Assembly (NCBI GenBank): GCA_963774795.1
Contig: CAVZGI010000009.1
Span: 674,437-738,436, forward strand
Source: an uncultured Methanobacteriaceae archaeon
GTDB taxonomy: Archaea; Methanobacteriota; Methanobacteria; Methanobacteriales; Methanobacteriaceae
Direction of reading: 5' to 3'
Length of the DNA stretch: 64,000 nt
The stretch's first letter is position 1; the number at the start of each line of letters is the position of its first letter. A model generated the notes under the pieces. It ran no database searches. It saw only the letters and a list, made by a program, of their open reading frames with translations, and was not told the DNA's origin. Shown in pieces: positions 21,506 through 33,961 of the stretch. Both the position numbers and the translations under genes were made by a program.

Positions 21506-22522
21506 TCATTTAGATTTGTTATTTAAACACTTATCAATGTATCTTTTTATATAAGGTTCCAGAGGTCCGGCAGGAGGTCCATTTACCAGCCGATCAAAAT
21601 CTGTGAAAGTTCCTTTTAAGTTTCTTCCGGCCCAATAAACTTCTTCTTCCACTCTTTTCCCATAACGGGTTCCAAACATTTTAAAAAGGGGAAACTTAGT
21701 TAAACCGTTAGCTCCAGCAAGAATTAAAGGCCCCATATTTGCTAGATTATCTACCCAAGTTCCACAAACTATTTCCAGCTTAGGGAAAGTAATTCTGGTA
21801 GCGGCCACTACTCCTGCATAATATAAGGATGCGGGCTGGGCCTGGTTTTCAAAAGGAGTTCCTTTGTGGGGGTTTAAAGAGTAAAAAGTCACCCGGTCTA
21901 TTTTAAGGTCAGCAATAAGTTCAAATAGATATTTTAAATCAGAAGGAGTTTCTCCAAGGCCTAAAATAATAGTTATGGCTTTTTTAAATCCTAAATCTCC
22001 GGCAAAATCCAGCATATTGCTAATTTCTTCTATACTTTTGCTGGGGCATATCTCTTTTTGCTTCTGGGGATTGGCCATTTCCACAGCACCAGTAATACCG
22101 GCAATTTCTTCCCCATATTCTTCTAAATCCTGGGTTATGCCAATGTTTAACCACACGGGCTTTTCAGTTATTTCATATATTTGGCAGGCAATGGATTTTA
22201 TTTCAGGGGTGCTGAATGAGCCGTATCCTCCAGATAGAAACTCAATGTTCCATCCCATTCTCCGGCAAAGCTCTGCTTCAGCTAGAATAGCATCAACTTT
22301 TCTCCGGGCGGTTTTAGGATCTTTAATATTTGGTTTTTGGGTACTCATGTAACAAAAGGCACAGTCACCCTTATCACACCACCATGAAAGAAAAATGGCC
22401 CTTTCCAGAGTGATTTCAGGGCCGTGTTCCTGGAGAGTTATTTTATTGGCCTTTTCCATCAATTCCAGGGTTTTAAATTCTTCTAATTTTTTTATAACTT
22501 GCATGTTACACCTTATTATCAT
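21506..22522 (-). CDS. Radical SAM protein (BioB/HydE-like TIM barrel) with unusual Cx4Cx2C cluster spacing
   Basis: WWCDKGDCAFCYM cluster motif; GGYGS glycine-rich SAM motif. Confidence 0.65.
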   Translation of the reverse strand: MIIRCNMQVIKKLEEFKTLELMEKANKITLQEHGPEITLERAIFLSWWCDKGDCAFCYMSTQKPNIKDPKTARRKVDAILAEAELCRRMGWNIEFLSGGYGSFSTPEIKSIACQIYEITEKPVWLNIGITQDLEEYGEEIAGITGAVEMANPQKQKEICPSKSIEEISNMLDFAGDLGFKKAITIILGLGETPSDLKYLFELIADLKIDRVTFYSLNPHKGTPFENQAQPASLYYAGVVAATRITFPKLEIVCGTWVDNLANMGPLILAGANGLTKFPLFKMFGTRYGKRVEEEVYWAGRNLKGTFTDFDRLVNGPPAGPLEPYIKRYIDKCLNNKSK

Positions 22523-22823
22523 GAAAATTTGTTATAATGCGTTAAAATGATAAATTATATTTTAATTGTTTTTTAATTCAATTAGTTCTGAAATAGATAT
22601 TTCCAAAATATCAGATATAATATATTTTTAATTATGATATAAGATTAATTAAAAGATAGATAAGATAAATATTTACACTATTAATTAGCTACATTAAAAT
22701 GTGTTTTAAATTATTTAAATCGAATATTAAAAATAAAATATAGAATAAATGAATTTTAGAATAACGAATTTAAAATTATAATTTCAATATTAAAATTTAT
22801 TAATTAGGTTATAGGATGAAATC

Positions 22824-23240
22824 ATGGCTTATTGCTCCAATTGTGGCGAAAAAAATAAAGATGGCAACATATTCTGCTCTAATTGCGGAGAAACTATGGG
22901 TTCGGTTCCTAGAACGCCATCAAAACCCATAAAGTCCAGAATTAAATCTAAAGAAGATTCTCGTAGTCAGTCCTATATGGAAAGACCATCATCCAGAAAA
23001 AACCGGGAACAGGCCCCAGAAATATCATTTGAATGGAATGTGGTTATTGTAGGAGCTTTAATTTTAGTAATAGTATCTGGAATTTTAGGATGGATACTAC
23101 CATTTTTATCGGTGGTGATTGCCGCAGCAATTGCTATTATATATGCTCTATCTGCTACTCAGAAAAAAGCCACAATAGTGGTCATTATACCATTAATTCT
23201 AATCATGGCAGCTTCTTTATTTGCCCTTTTTACTTTATGA
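22824..23240 (+). CDS. Zinc-ribbon membrane protein
   Basis: CSNCGEKNKDGNIFCSNCGE zinc ribbon, then two TM helices. Confidence 0.5.
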   Translation: MAYCSNCGEKNKDGNIFCSNCGETMGSVPRTPSKPIKSRIKSKEDSRSQSYMERPSSRKNREQAPEISFEWNVVIVGALILVIVSGILGWILPFLSVVIAAAIAIIYALSATQKKATIVVIIPLILIMAASLFALFTL

Positions 23241-23666
23241 TTTGATGAATTGGCATTAAACTCAAATTTTAATCCTAATTTTAAGATTGCCAAATATTAA
23301 CATTCTTAAATGATTTCCCGAAAAAAAACTAAGAATTAAGTTATTATCCTTATTTATTATCTAGAATAATCCTAAAATATTCGATAATTATTCTAAATTC
23401 CAGATCTTAATTTTAAATTTCATGAATTCCAGCCGAAATTTCGCAGAATTGTATCAATTTTTCAAAATTAAATATGAAAATATGTGTATTTAACGAACAT
23501 AATTTGATTTATCATGCCTAGTAACATACAAAAATGTACCTGACCCAAAACGTTTATATATGATGACTATCAACCTAATTATACTCCCATAAAGGGCTAT
23601 GTTTTAAGAAGGCTGTAAACATAGGCTTTGGTTTGTAAGCTTGATTTACAGGCTTTACTTGGCAAG

Positions 23667-23741
<75 letters not shown>

Positions 23742-23745
23742 CCCT

Positions 23746-23819
<74 letters not shown>

Positions 23820-23883
23820 TTTAAAGTATGCCTTTATATATTAAAACAAACCTTATATATTAAAATATTATACATATTCATAT

Positions 23884-23958
23884 GCTCCGGTGGTGTAGTC
23901 CGGCCAATCATTTCGGCCTTTCGAGCCGAAGACTCGGGTTCGAATCCCGGCCGGAGCA
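23884..23958 (+). tRNA. tRNA-Glu (anticodon TTC)
   Basis: Acceptor gctccgg/ccggagc, anticodon stem tcggc/gccga, loop ctTTCga. Confidence 0.85.
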
Positions 23959-24072
23959 TTCTAATAATTTTTTCGAAATTTTTCAACTTCAGATTGTTTT
24001 CTGAAGTAATTTGCACTTTTTGGGTGTTATTATAATGGATTTGACATCTTTATTGATGTTTGCCTTTCCTTA

Positions 24073-24156
<84 letters not shown>

Positions 24157-24212
24157 TTAAATCATCTTCGGGATGCTTTAAATCACATTTCACTTTTATA
24201 TTACATACTAGT

Positions 24213-24289
<77 letters not shown>

Positions 24290-24548
24290 GATTATTTGTT
24301 TTTAATTATTTTAAAGGTTTAATTTTTCTTTCTAAGTTTATTTATTTCTAAATTCAAAATTGGATAATAAATCTGATATTTTTAAGTAAAATGATTACTT
24401 ATTTAGGTACATTTTTATAGTTTAGCATTTTTTAGGTTTATTTTTTTAAAACTAATAATAAGTTTTTAATAAGTAACTTACAAATTAAATGATACACTTA
24501 AAATCTAATACAACATTGTGAATAGTTTTAATTTAGGATTGATCCCAT

Positions 24549-24848
24549 ATGATAAAAATGGAAAGAACTTATGGCTGTCTTAGAGCCAGTGTTTTATTTG
24601 AAGGCAAAAAAATAGGCACTATGGAAGGGGTTTATCTTACACAATGGTTTGTAAAAAATAGATATCGTTTTACAGGAACTTTTAATCGTTATTTCACTGA
24701 TGATGCTGAATATCGCCGCCCAGGGGCAAGGGTAGATGTTGTTCTTCCAGATAAAGCAATAATAGTAAAGAATGTTTTTATAGAATGGATAAGAGAACCA
24801 TCTGGAAGCGGAACTTTTAATGCAGAACGAATTGAGAGCTACATATAA
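24549..24848 (+). CDS. Hypothetical protein (99 aa)
   Basis: ORF only; no motif recognised. Confidence 0.35.
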   Translation: MIKMERTYGCLRASVLFEGKKIGTMEGVYLTQWFVKNRYRFTGTFNRYFTDDAEYRRPGARVDVVLPDKAIIVKNVFIEWIREPSGSGTFNAERIESYI

Positions 24849-24952
24849 CTAAATTAATTTTTATAAATCAATTTTTAATTATATTTATTCAACATCTAAT
24901 TATCTAACATCTAATGATTTAATTTCATTTAATTTATTTGGCTGGAGTTTCA

Positions 24953-25360
24953 ATGGTAAAAAAAGGATCAAAAGAAGAGAGGGATCTAGTAAGGATTCTT
25001 TGGGAAGAGAAATTTGCGGCAATGCGGGCACCTGCATCAGGAGGTGCTACAAAAAAGCCTTTACCTGATGTTTTAGCAGGCAATGGTGAACTTTACCTGG
25101 CTATTGAGGTAAAAACAACTACTAAAGACAGAATTTACATTGATTCTCCTAAAATAGAAGGTCTTTGTGAGTTTTCTAACATTTTTGGCGCTATCCCCTA
25201 TGTGGGAATTAAATTCAAGTATAAAAAATGGCGTTTTTTATCTCCAGAAGATTTATTTCAAACAAAAAACGGCAATTATCGGTTGGATTTAGATCTGGCA
25301 TTGGAAAAAGGTTTGGAAATTAATGAACTTCTTGGTAAAGATAAACAGCTTAAATTTTAA
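24953..25360 (+). CDS. hjc: Holliday junction resolvase Hjc
   Basis: [23 protein letters not shown] ... [25 protein letters not shown] is the archaeal Hjc signature. Confidence 0.8.
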   Translation: MVKKGSKEERDLVRILWEEKFAAMRAPASGGATKKPLPDVLAGNGELYLAIEVKTTTKDRIYIDSPKIEGLCEFSNIFGAIPYVGIKFKYKKWRFLSPEDLFQTKNGNYRLDLDLALEKGLEINELLGKDKQLKF

Positions 25361-25503
25361 GTGGACGAGAATTTATGTGGTGGCTTATTACAGTCGGCTC
25401 CTGAAGAGGAACCTGCCCCCAGAAAAAGGCTTCAATTGGAAGATTTAATTAGAATAACCTTTTAAAATAACCTTAGGATTTTTAAAATTGTAGGAATTGT
25501 AAA

Positions 25504-26346
25504 ATGGATAAATGTGCCAAATTAAGGGAACTTTTAGCATCGGAAAATCCTCTTGTCGTACCTGACGCTTATGATCCCATAAGTGCTAAAATGATTGAAA
25601 AAATGGGGTTTGATGCAGTTCAATGTTCAGGTTATAGTTTTTCAGTAGCTGATGCACTTATGAAAGAAACAGATATTTCATTAGAAGAAAATCTATTTAA
25701 AACTCGCAAAATTGTGGATGCAGTAGATATTCCAGTAATGGCCGATGGTGAAGATGGCTATGGTGGAATAAGATCTGTAAAAAATACGGTAAGACTTTTC
25801 ATGGATGTTGGAGTGGCTGGAATTAATTTAGAGGATCAAATTCTTCAGAATACTGATGGAAGTCCTTTTTGCCAAGTAATAGATTCTGATTTTATGCAAG
25901 AAAAAATTGCGGCGGCTAGAGAAGTTGCTGATGAATTAAATCCGGATTTTATAATAAATGGTCGTACTGATGCTTTAAGGTCAAAAAAAGATAGGGGAGA
26001 ATCTTTAGAAATAGCTATTGAACGTGCAAATTCTTATCTCAGTTCTGGTGCCGATTTAACTTTCATAACTTACGTGGAAAATTTGGAGGAAGTAGAAACT
26101 ATAACTAAAAAAGTCAAAGGCCCGGTAAGTATTGCCGCAGGTCTTTCATATAATATTGATTCATTTTCTATGGATGATTTAAAAAAATATGGTGTTAAAC
26201 GAGTTAGTTTACCAACATTAATGTTATTTTCAGCAATAAGCTCTATGGAAATGGGACTTAATTTATTAAAAGAAGATAAGTTATCTGGAAATTCAGATAA
26301 TCTAATTTACTCTCCACATAAATTGAAGAAATTACTGGGGATTTAA
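25504..26346 (+). CDS. Isocitrate lyase / PEP mutase family protein (methylisocitrate-lyase / carboxyvinyl-carboxyphosphonate phosphorylmutase-like)
   Basis: LVVPDAYDPISAKMIEKMGFDAVQCSG ... IPVMADGEDGYGG ... INGRTDA. Confidence 0.75.
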   Translation: MDKCAKLRELLASENPLVVPDAYDPISAKMIEKMGFDAVQCSGYSFSVADALMKETDISLEENLFKTRKIVDAVDIPVMADGEDGYGGIRSVKNTVRLFMDVGVAGINLEDQILQNTDGSPFCQVIDSDFMQEKIAAAREVADELNPDFIINGRTDALRSKKDRGESLEIAIERANSYLSSGADLTFITYVENLEEVETITKKVKGPVSIAAGLSYNIDSFSMDDLKKYGVKRVSLPTLMLFSAISSMEMGLNLLKEDKLSGNSDNLIYSPHKLKKLLGI

Positions 26347-26361
26347 TTATTTAATTCCTTT

Positions 26362-26637
26362 TTAATTCCTATAAGCTGCCCTAACAAGGGCTAAAATAAC
26401 CATTATATAGGCCAAACTTCTGGCAATTATAAGAATTGTAGCCGAACTTTCATACCCCAAAAGCACTGCCAGATGCGATAAACCAAATAGCCCAAAGGCC
26501 GCACCAATGTATAGGATGGCGATATTCTTTATCTTTTTAAAGGTCCAGTAAGAAAGGATTACAATGACTATGCAAAAAATCAGGTTTGCAAAAGTAATTG
26601 GTTCCCATGTGAATACCATTTTATCCCCCTTTTTCAA
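26362..26637 (-). CDS. Hypothetical small membrane protein
   Basis: 91 aa, three TM helices. Confidence 0.35.
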   Translation of the reverse strand: MKKGDKMVFTWEPITFANLIFCIVIVILSYWTFKKIKNIAILYIGAAFGLFGLSHLAVLLGYESSATILIIARSLAYIMVILALVRAAYRN

Positions 26638-26773
26638 AATTTGTTAAATAAATATTTGTTAGAGGAACCATATAATAATTTTTCAAGATATTAGCATATA
26701 ATTTATTTCTAAAATGTTGATAATTCTTACCGCAAGGTTTAAATATTAAATTCATCTACTAATTAGTTACTAT

Positions 26774-26848
<75 letters not shown>

Positions 26849-26894
26849 TTATTTGTCTTAAGAATTATTTGGTTCTTAAGAAACCTTATTATGA

Positions 26895-27046
<152 letters not shown>

Positions 27047-27242
27047 TTTAAATACTTTTTTTAACTAATTTTAAAACTTTAAAAACATTTTAAACATCCT
27101 TAAAAAATATCAATATTAAATCATATTAATTAAAAACAATAAAAATTATATTAATTTTATTAAGTGAGAATTAATTCTTCTTTAGTCATTAATATTTTAG
27201 ATATAAATTTTAAGATTTTTAATAACAGTTAATGGTGCAAAA

Positions 27243-27860
27243 ATGGAAAAAATAAATGACGTAGTCTTTATAGAAGGTCAGGGATATGATTCTAATATTT
27301 ACGTGGCGGGGGACGTAATAATTGATACTGGAACTGGAGAAAATGCTGATTATGTTTTTTCAGAAATTTTAAAGTCGGGTATATCTCCCAAAGATATTTC
27401 AACCATTGTGAACACCCACTGTCATTTTGATCACACCGGAGGAAACTCACTTTTTCCTGCAGATATTCTGATTCATGAAGAAGATGCCGAGCCCCTGGAA
27501 AAAGGCGATAGCATGGCTACTGCAGCTTACATGTTCGGAAAATCAACAGAACCCACTACAATAGCCAAAAAACTACAGGAAGGAGATAGAATATCTGATT
27601 TTGAAGTTATACATACTCCTGGCCATACCCGGGGAGGAATATGTCTTTTTGATGGAGAAATTTTAATATCTGGAGACACGGTTTTTGCCAATGGAGGGAT
27701 AGGGAGAATGGACATTGGGGGAAGCTATGAAGACATGATTAATTCTCTGGAAAAGCTTCAAAAACTCAATGCCGAATATTTACTTCCAGGTCACGGGCCA
27801 TGGACCGATAATGCTCACCAGCACATAGATATGTCCTATCAAATGGCCAAACGATTTTAA
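27243..27860 (+). CDS. MBL-fold metallo-hydrolase
   Basis: HCHFDHTGGN metal-binding motif. Confidence 0.8.
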   Translation: MEKINDVVFIEGQGYDSNIYVAGDVIIDTGTGENADYVFSEILKSGISPKDISTIVNTHCHFDHTGGNSLFPADILIHEEDAEPLEKGDSMATAAYMFGKSTEPTTIAKKLQEGDRISDFEVIHTPGHTRGGICLFDGEILISGDTVFANGGIGRMDIGGSYEDMINSLEKLQKLNAEYLLPGHGPWTDNAHQHIDMSYQMAKRF

Positions 27861-27999
27861 ATTTTTAATCAAATTAAAAAATCGATTTTTTAATATGCAA
27901 TTGTAAAATATTCTAGAAATGAAAAAAATATTTAGAATGAATATTTTAAAATCAATTAAAATAGAATATAACCCTGTAAAATTCTTAATTTACATCACT

Positions 28000-28941
28000 T
28001 TAAATATAAACAGTTAAGTTGGCTGGCCCGTAATGGCCTCCTACAAAGTTGAAATAGGTTATTTTCCACTTATTATTTTCATATTTAGCATCTATACAGG
28101 TGTAATAGGAATACCAGATGAATCTTTGAGCATCTGTGGTCTGGTTGGCTTTTTTAATGGCGATCATGGCCGAGTCATAACTTCCATTTTCTATGGTAAG
28201 TCCGGAATAATTTCCCTGGAATGATTTTTGGCCCGTAAGTCCATTATAAGTGTAGAGCTGATATTTCTGGTTTTTAGGATTAATAAGCACTCCCTGCCAC
28301 ACGAACATATCTGAGGTTGGATAAGTAGCTATCTGGGTGAAATTCCCTTCGAGATTCTCTTCCAGTGAATGACTCGCATTTATTTTTTCATAGCCCCTTA
28401 TGCATCCAAAAGAGACCAGCATTATTACAAATAGGATCATTGCTATTTTTTTGTACTTTAAATCGGTTTTAATGTATAATATGGCCAGGACTGCCATAGC
28501 GGCCAGGGTGGTTATTCCATCGGTGTAATTATAGAGGTGAGCACTGAATCTTTCCATGGAGAATGGATAAAGTAGAGGAATGCCACCAGTGGTTAAAAAA
28601 TCCAAAAATAGGTGGGTTAAAACACCAAAATAGGCCAAAAGCACGGTTTTCCAGGTAAATATTAGATGGTAATCTCTTTTAATTATCTTAGCCACAAATT
28701 CCTGAACAGGGCGCCGGGTTACGATATAAAGAAAAACTACGGCGGTTACAAATCCAAAGATAAATGTGTGGGTGATTCCTCTATGGGTCAAAATAAAGAA
28801 TTCTGGTAGGAGAAATCCGATAAAAATTAAAAATATGTCGAAATCTACTGATGTACCTCCTAATCCTCCTTCTATGGGTCTTTTACAGCCTATAAAGAAG
28901 AGTATGATGAAGGGAATTAGAAAATGTGTGAAAAGGTCCAA
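28000..28941 (-). CDS. Membrane-bound metal-dependent hydrolase (DUF457/YdjM-like) with a C-terminal extracytoplasmic domain
   Basis: HRGITHTF and HLFLDFLT motifs in the N-terminal TM helices. Confidence 0.5.
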   Translation of the reverse strand: MDLFTHFLIPFIILFFIGCKRPIEGGLGGTSVDFDIFLIFIGFLLPEFFILTHRGITHTFIFGFVTAVVFLYIVTRRPVQEFVAKIIKRDYHLIFTWKTVLLAYFGVLTHLFLDFLTTGGIPLLYPFSMERFSAHLYNYTDGITTLAAMAVLAILYIKTDLKYKKIAMILFVIMLVSFGCIRGYEKINASHSLEENLEGNFTQIATYPTSDMFVWQGVLINPKNQKYQLYTYNGLTGQKSFQGNYSGLTIENGSYDSAMIAIKKANQTTDAQRFIWYSYYTCIDAKYENNKWKITYFNFVGGHYGPANLTVYI

Positions 28942-29151
28942 AATATTTATCTCCTGATTTCATCTTTAATTTAGTACTGATATTAAAGCTTTCACTATTT
29001 ATAATTTTTAGATTTAAAAAAGACTTTTTATCTAAAATAATGGATTTACCTGATTTATATGAAGAAATAAGTTTATTAGATAATTCTAAAAAAAGTTTGA
29101 TTTAAGAAATTTATTAATTAAGTATCAATATTTAGTAATTTTAAAAATTAA

Positions 29152-29802
29152 TCATTTAGTAAAAAGTTTAGTAACTTCTTTAACGGCCCCTATTTTAACC
29201 AGGACAGACACTTTACTACCTTCATTCAAAATCATGTCTGCTTTGGGAATTTCAATGTGGCCATTATTGTAAATAGAAACAATTATGTAATTCTCGGTAG
29301 GGGAAACGTCTCCCACGCGTTTACCAATTATTTTTTTGTTTCGAATGGTCATATCAAGTATTTCAGCATCTCCACTACCTAGAACAATTAGATCTGCCAC
29401 TTTGGGCCTGGTTATGAGTTTTTCGAGATATCCGGCCGCAGTACGTTCTGGGCTTATAACATGGTCGATTCCTACCTTACGGAAAGCCTCTTCGTGATCC
29501 GGGTTACTTACCCTGGCAATGATTTTAGGAATATTATATTCCCTTACCAGAATACAAGATAACAAATTAGCTTCGTCATTACCTGTGGCAGCCACAAAAA
29601 CGTCCGCATTGTTTATATTCGATTCTTCCAGTGTTTTGGTGTCTGTTCCATTTCCACAAATCACCAGAGCATCTAATTCTACCGCAGCATTACCACACAG
29701 TGATTCGTCATTTTCAATAAGGGTGACGTCATTGCCATCAGAAATTAAAAGGTTTGCTAGAGTTAATCCCACTCTACCTCCCCCCATTATAACTACATAC
29801 AT
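29152..29802 (-). CDS. trkA: Trk potassium-uptake NAD-binding subunit TrkA
   Basis: [19 protein letters not shown] Rossmann RCK-N motif; adjacent to trkH. Confidence 0.85.
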   Translation of the reverse strand: MYVVIMGGGRVGLTLANLLISDGNDVTLIENDESLCGNAAVELDALVICGNGTDTKTLEESNINNADVFVAATGNDEANLLSCILVREYNIPKIIARVSNPDHEEAFRKVGIDHVISPERTAAGYLEKLITRPKVADLIVLGSGDAEILDMTIRNKKIIGKRVGDVSPTENYIIVSIYNNGHIEIPKADMILNEGSKVSVLVKIGAVKEVTKLFTK

Positions 29803-29970
29803 TTGTACACCTTGAATTAGTAAATTTGAGTATTAAATAACTGATTAAACTTAAAATATCGTTTTTAATTCACTGCTTGATATATGTTTTATTTCAGTGA
29901 GTGATTTTCTTTGATTATTCTTATTAATAAGCTTTATCTTAAATTCAATTCTTATTATTTTTTTGCAAAA

Positions 29971-31401
29971 TTAAGCTCTTTTTAAAAACTCTAAACCTGC
30001 TCTTAAAAGTATTAGGACTGGTATAATTTCTAATCTTCCTACCCACATATTAAAAACCATGATTATTTTTGCAGTATCGGGCATTTCGGGAGAGGTTATT
30101 CCCATACTTAATCCGACATTCCCCTGAGCGGAGGCAATTTCATAAAGGGAGTTCAGGGGATCATATCCATATGCTGCCAGGACTAACCATCCTGACAATA
30201 GAAAGACAAAATATATAGATGTGTATGAACTTGCTTCTCTAATTTCTACATCGGTAACTGTTTTACCAGAAATTTTACGGGGTATTACAGAACCTTCGGG
30301 GGTTAAAATTTTCATTAATTCCCAGTAAATTCCCTTAAGGATAGTTACTATACGGATTAATTTTATAGCACCGGTGGTAGAACCGGCGGCCATCCCTATC
30401 ACCATACATGCTATGATTAAAATTTTAACATAAGCTGGCCAGACTAACATCTGGGCGGAGGTTTCTACATTGGAACCGGTACAACTAAGTGCAGAAACAA
30501 CATTAAAAATAGAATCAAGGGGTAAAATTTTTCCACTGAGGAAAAGGAGTATTGAAAACAAGGCCACAATAACCACCATGGCCTGAAACTGAATATCTTT
30601 TAAAACAAACTTTAAATCGCCTTTTAAAGCACGATAATGGACTAAGAAGCTGGTACCACCCACTATCATCAAAAATATGGTTATTATGGTGATTAAATCG
30701 CTTCCATATGCCCCAATATTCCCATTTTTTATGGACATCCCTCCTGTGGAGAGATTGGTCATGGTATTGTTAATAGCGTCAAAAAGGGACATTCCGGCAA
30801 GCCCATAGAGAACAATTCCTAAGATGGTATAAAATAAATAGATCCACCAGATGGTTTTCACAGTGTTAGGTATGCTTGGTTTTATTCTTTCTTCCCGTGC
30901 TTCGGATTTATATAATCGAGATGCAGCAGTTCCTGGACGAATAAGAATTCCTATCACCACAATAACTACTCCAACACCTCCAATCCATTGTTCAAGGCTT
31001 CTTAAAAATAATAATGATTTGGGAAGTACTTCTACGTCGAGAAATATACTGAGTCCACTACCTGTCCAGGCGGACATATTTTCAAAATAAGCATCTATAA
31101 AGCCCATTTTAAGGCTTAACATCATTACAAAACTACCAATCAGACCTGCCCATAGCCAAGCAGTGGCTGCTATAATCATCCCGTGTTTAAGCCTTATGGA
31201 ACCTCCTGAAGGAACTATTCTTTTTATTAGGGTTCCAATAGTCAGGGATATGGCCGAGGGAACAATAAAACTTATATAATTATTTTCCCCGTAGATTAGA
31301 GAGATTATCATGGGCAAGAGAATAACTACTCCAATACCCTGCATAATTCCGCCTAAATATTCCGCGACTACAAAGAAATCTTTCTTTCCAAAATACCTCA
31401 T
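29971..31401 (-). CDS. trkH: Trk potassium-uptake membrane subunit TrkH
   Basis: 476-aa polytopic membrane protein with GG-containing pore loops (LSTGGMS, GLSMGIT). Confidence 0.85.
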   Translation of the reverse strand: MRYFGKKDFFVVAEYLGGIMQGIGVVILLPMIISLIYGENNYISFIVPSAISLTIGTLIKRIVPSGGSIRLKHGMIIAATAWLWAGLIGSFVMMLSLKMGFIDAYFENMSAWTGSGLSIFLDVEVLPKSLLFLRSLEQWIGGVGVVIVVIGILIRPGTAASRLYKSEAREERIKPSIPNTVKTIWWIYLFYTILGIVLYGLAGMSLFDAINNTMTNLSTGGMSIKNGNIGAYGSDLITIITIFLMIVGGTSFLVHYRALKGDLKFVLKDIQFQAMVVIVALFSILLFLSGKILPLDSIFNVVSALSCTGSNVETSAQMLVWPAYVKILIIACMVIGMAAGSTTGAIKLIRIVTILKGIYWELMKILTPEGSVIPRKISGKTVTDVEIREASSYTSIYFVFLLSGWLVLAAYGYDPLNSLYEIASAQGNVGLSMGITSPEMPDTAKIIMVFNMWVGRLEIIPVLILLRAGLEFLKRA

Positions 31402-31604
31402 ATTATCTTATTAGAGATATTCTTGAGAACATATAAATCTTACTTAGAATATGGTAAAAAATAAATATTATTAGACTTGAATTAAGGAATATTATGGTAT
31501 TTAATAAATTATTAATAGATAATAATCTGTTAAAAATAAAATAAAAAATTAGTAGGTTTTATTTAATTAACTAAGCCTTTTTCAACTTAAAAAATTAAAT
31601 ATAT

Positions 31605-32411
31605 TTATTTAGATTTTTTATCTTTTTCCATAACCTCCATCTCAGATCCCAGGAAATCTTTAATATCCCGGATACTGTTGAGTAACTGAGCAGGGAATAC
31701 AATGGTGGAATTCTTCTCAGCAGCAATGTTACTGAGTACTTGCATGATCCTCAGTTGTAGGGCTACTGGATGCTCGGCAATAATATCGGCAGCGTCTCCC
31801 AGTTTTCCGGCTGCAAGAAACTCACCTTCAGCAGAGATAATTTTAGCTCTTTTCTCCCTTTCAGCTTCTGCTTGTAGAGCAATAGCTCTTTGCATGCTGT
31901 CAGGTAATTTAATATCTTTTATTTCTACAGTGGTGACTTTTATTCCCCAAGGTTCACTGTGTCCGTCAATTATTTCCTGAATTTTTTGGTTGACAACCGG
32001 TGTGTCTGATAAAACTTGGTCCAGTGAAAACTGACCTACTACACTTCTCACAGTGGTCTGAGAAATTTGATTAACTGCTTTATTGTAGTTTTCAATCTCC
32101 ACCACGGCCTTATAGGCATCTACTACTTTAAAATAGGCCACTGCAGCAACATCAATGGTCACATTGTCCTGTGTGATAATTTTTTGAGCAGGGATAGGCA
32201 TAGTAACTATCCTCAAGGAAGGTTTTACCATGCGATCTACCAGGGGAATTATAATTCTAAGCCCGGGTTCTCTAACTCCGATTACTTTTCCCAATCTAAA
32301 AACTACTCCTCGTTCGTACTGGTTCACAATCTTGACAGAAAGGCCAATAACAATCAATAGCACAGCCAATATAATAATTATAGTAAGTAGATCCATTTTT
32401 ATAACCTCCAA
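31605..32411 (-). CDS. SPFH / band-7 (stomatin-like) family protein
   Basis: N-terminal TM then [14 protein letters not shown] ... [18 protein letters not shown]. Confidence 0.85.
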   Translation of the reverse strand: MEVIKMDLLTIIIILAVLLIVIGLSVKIVNQYERGVVFRLGKVIGVREPGLRIIIPLVDRMVKPSLRIVTMPIPAQKIITQDNVTIDVAAVAYFKVVDAYKAVVEIENYNKAVNQISQTTVRSVVGQFSLDQVLSDTPVVNQKIQEIIDGHSEPWGIKVTTVEIKDIKLPDSMQRAIALQAEAEREKRAKIISAEGEFLAAGKLGDAADIIAEHPVALQLRIMQVLSNIAAEKNSTIVFPAQLLNSIRDIKDFLGSEMEVMEKDKKSK

Positions 32412-32782
32412 TTCTAATTTTTACTATATAATATTATTTTATTTTCAAAACTAATAAAATTAGTTAAAATATTTTAAATAGGAAAAATTTTTGAATGAAT
32501 CTGTGAATTGTATTATATTCAATAATTGCCCAAAATCACATTTATAAAAAATTCTATTAGAAAACGGTATACACATTGAAAACATCAGTTTTTGGAAAAT
32601 AATAATTTAAAAAGGTTAATATTCAAAAATGTTAATAGTATTCTGTTGATGGAATAATTTCAGACAATTTAACTAAATTAATCTGAATAAACCATATTAA
32701 GCTCTTTTGAGCAGAAAAAATAAGAAAATTTATAGAAAATTCAATAATTAATTGAGATTTCTAAATCAATTTATACATTTAT

Positions 32783-33031
32783 CTATTCTTTATCAACGAT
32801 TTCCGCGAAAGCAAATTTTCGTCGGGTAGCATTGATTTTTACTTTAACTTCGTCGCCTACACTGGCTCCAGGTACAAATATAACGAAACCTTCTACTCGG
32901 GCGATCCCGTCGCCATCACGTCCAAGGTCCTCAATTTTTACCTCATACACTTCTCCTACGTTTATAGGAGTTGAGTAACTTTCTTTTCTATTGTAGTCAT
33001 TTTCAAACAATTCATCACATCCTAAAGTCAA
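32783..33031 (-). CDS. TRAM-domain protein
   Basis: [42 protein letters not shown]. Confidence 0.7.
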   Translation of the reverse strand: MTLGCDELFENDYNRKESYSTPINVGEVYEVKIEDLGRDGDGIARVEGFVIFVPGASVGDEVKVKINATRRKFAFAEIVDKE

Positions 33032-33415
33032 AAAGACTCAAGAAACATATATTTTCAAGTCAATTTTTAACTTGTGATGCACGTAAGCATCATAAAATAA
33101 ATTCACAAAAGTAAGAAAAAACCCATGATACTATTGAATGTACATCGCTTATAAATTAAATTTCATATTATATAAAACTATGTTTATTTCAGTTTTTCAG
33201 CTTTTTATTTGCCCAATTAAGTCAAAACTAATTTAAATTACTTATTAACTAGTTATAAAACCATAAGTGCTCATATTTTTCATCCAGAATATTTCCTGAT
33301 TCTGAATCCGGTTAATAAATCTTTCAGATTAATTCTATTACTATATTCTATATGAATTAAAAAAATTCCAATTTATTCACAATTTTTATAATTAATCAAT
33401 TAAATAAAATAATAT

Positions 33416-33961
33416 ATGATAGGAATTATGGCTGATTCCCATGATAATTTGATTGCTATTAGACAGGCGGTTAATTTTTTTAATGGAGAAAAATTGCAAA
33501 TGGTTATCCATGCTGGGGATTTAATATCTCCTTTCACGGCCAATGAATTTAAAAATCTAAAAATGCCATTTGAAGCGGTTTTTGGTAATAATGACGGAGA
33601 AAGAACGGGACTTAAACAAGCATATTCTGATTTATGTATTTTGGAAGATTTTAAAGAGTTGAATATTAACGGGCGAAAAATAGCAGTTATACACGGACAC
33701 CAGGACAAAATTGCGTCTGCATTAGCTTCTTGTGGTCATTATGATGTTTTAATCAGGGCCCATAGTCATGAAAGTTATTCCTCCAGGGGATTTGAAGATA
33801 AACACAGGCCAAAAAACCTAAATAATTTGAAAACAAGGAACAAGGAACCAAAAACTATTGTTTTAAACCCGGGTGAAACATGTGGATATCTTACAGGCCA
33901 CCAAACAGTGGTTATTATGGATTCTAATAATTTAGAATTCTATTTAATTGAATTACCATAA
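33416..33961 (+). CDS. Metallophosphoesterase (YfcE/MJ0936 family)
   Basis: GIMADSHDN ... HAGDL ... GNNDGE ... HGHQD metal-ligand motifs. Confidence 0.8.
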   Translation: MIGIMADSHDNLIAIRQAVNFFNGEKLQMVIHAGDLISPFTANEFKNLKMPFEAVFGNNDGERTGLKQAYSDLCILEDFKELNINGRKIAVIHGHQDKIASALASCGHYDVLIRAHSHESYSSRGFEDKHRPKNLNNLKTRNKEPKTIVLNPGETCGYLTGHQTVVIMDSNNLEFYLIELP

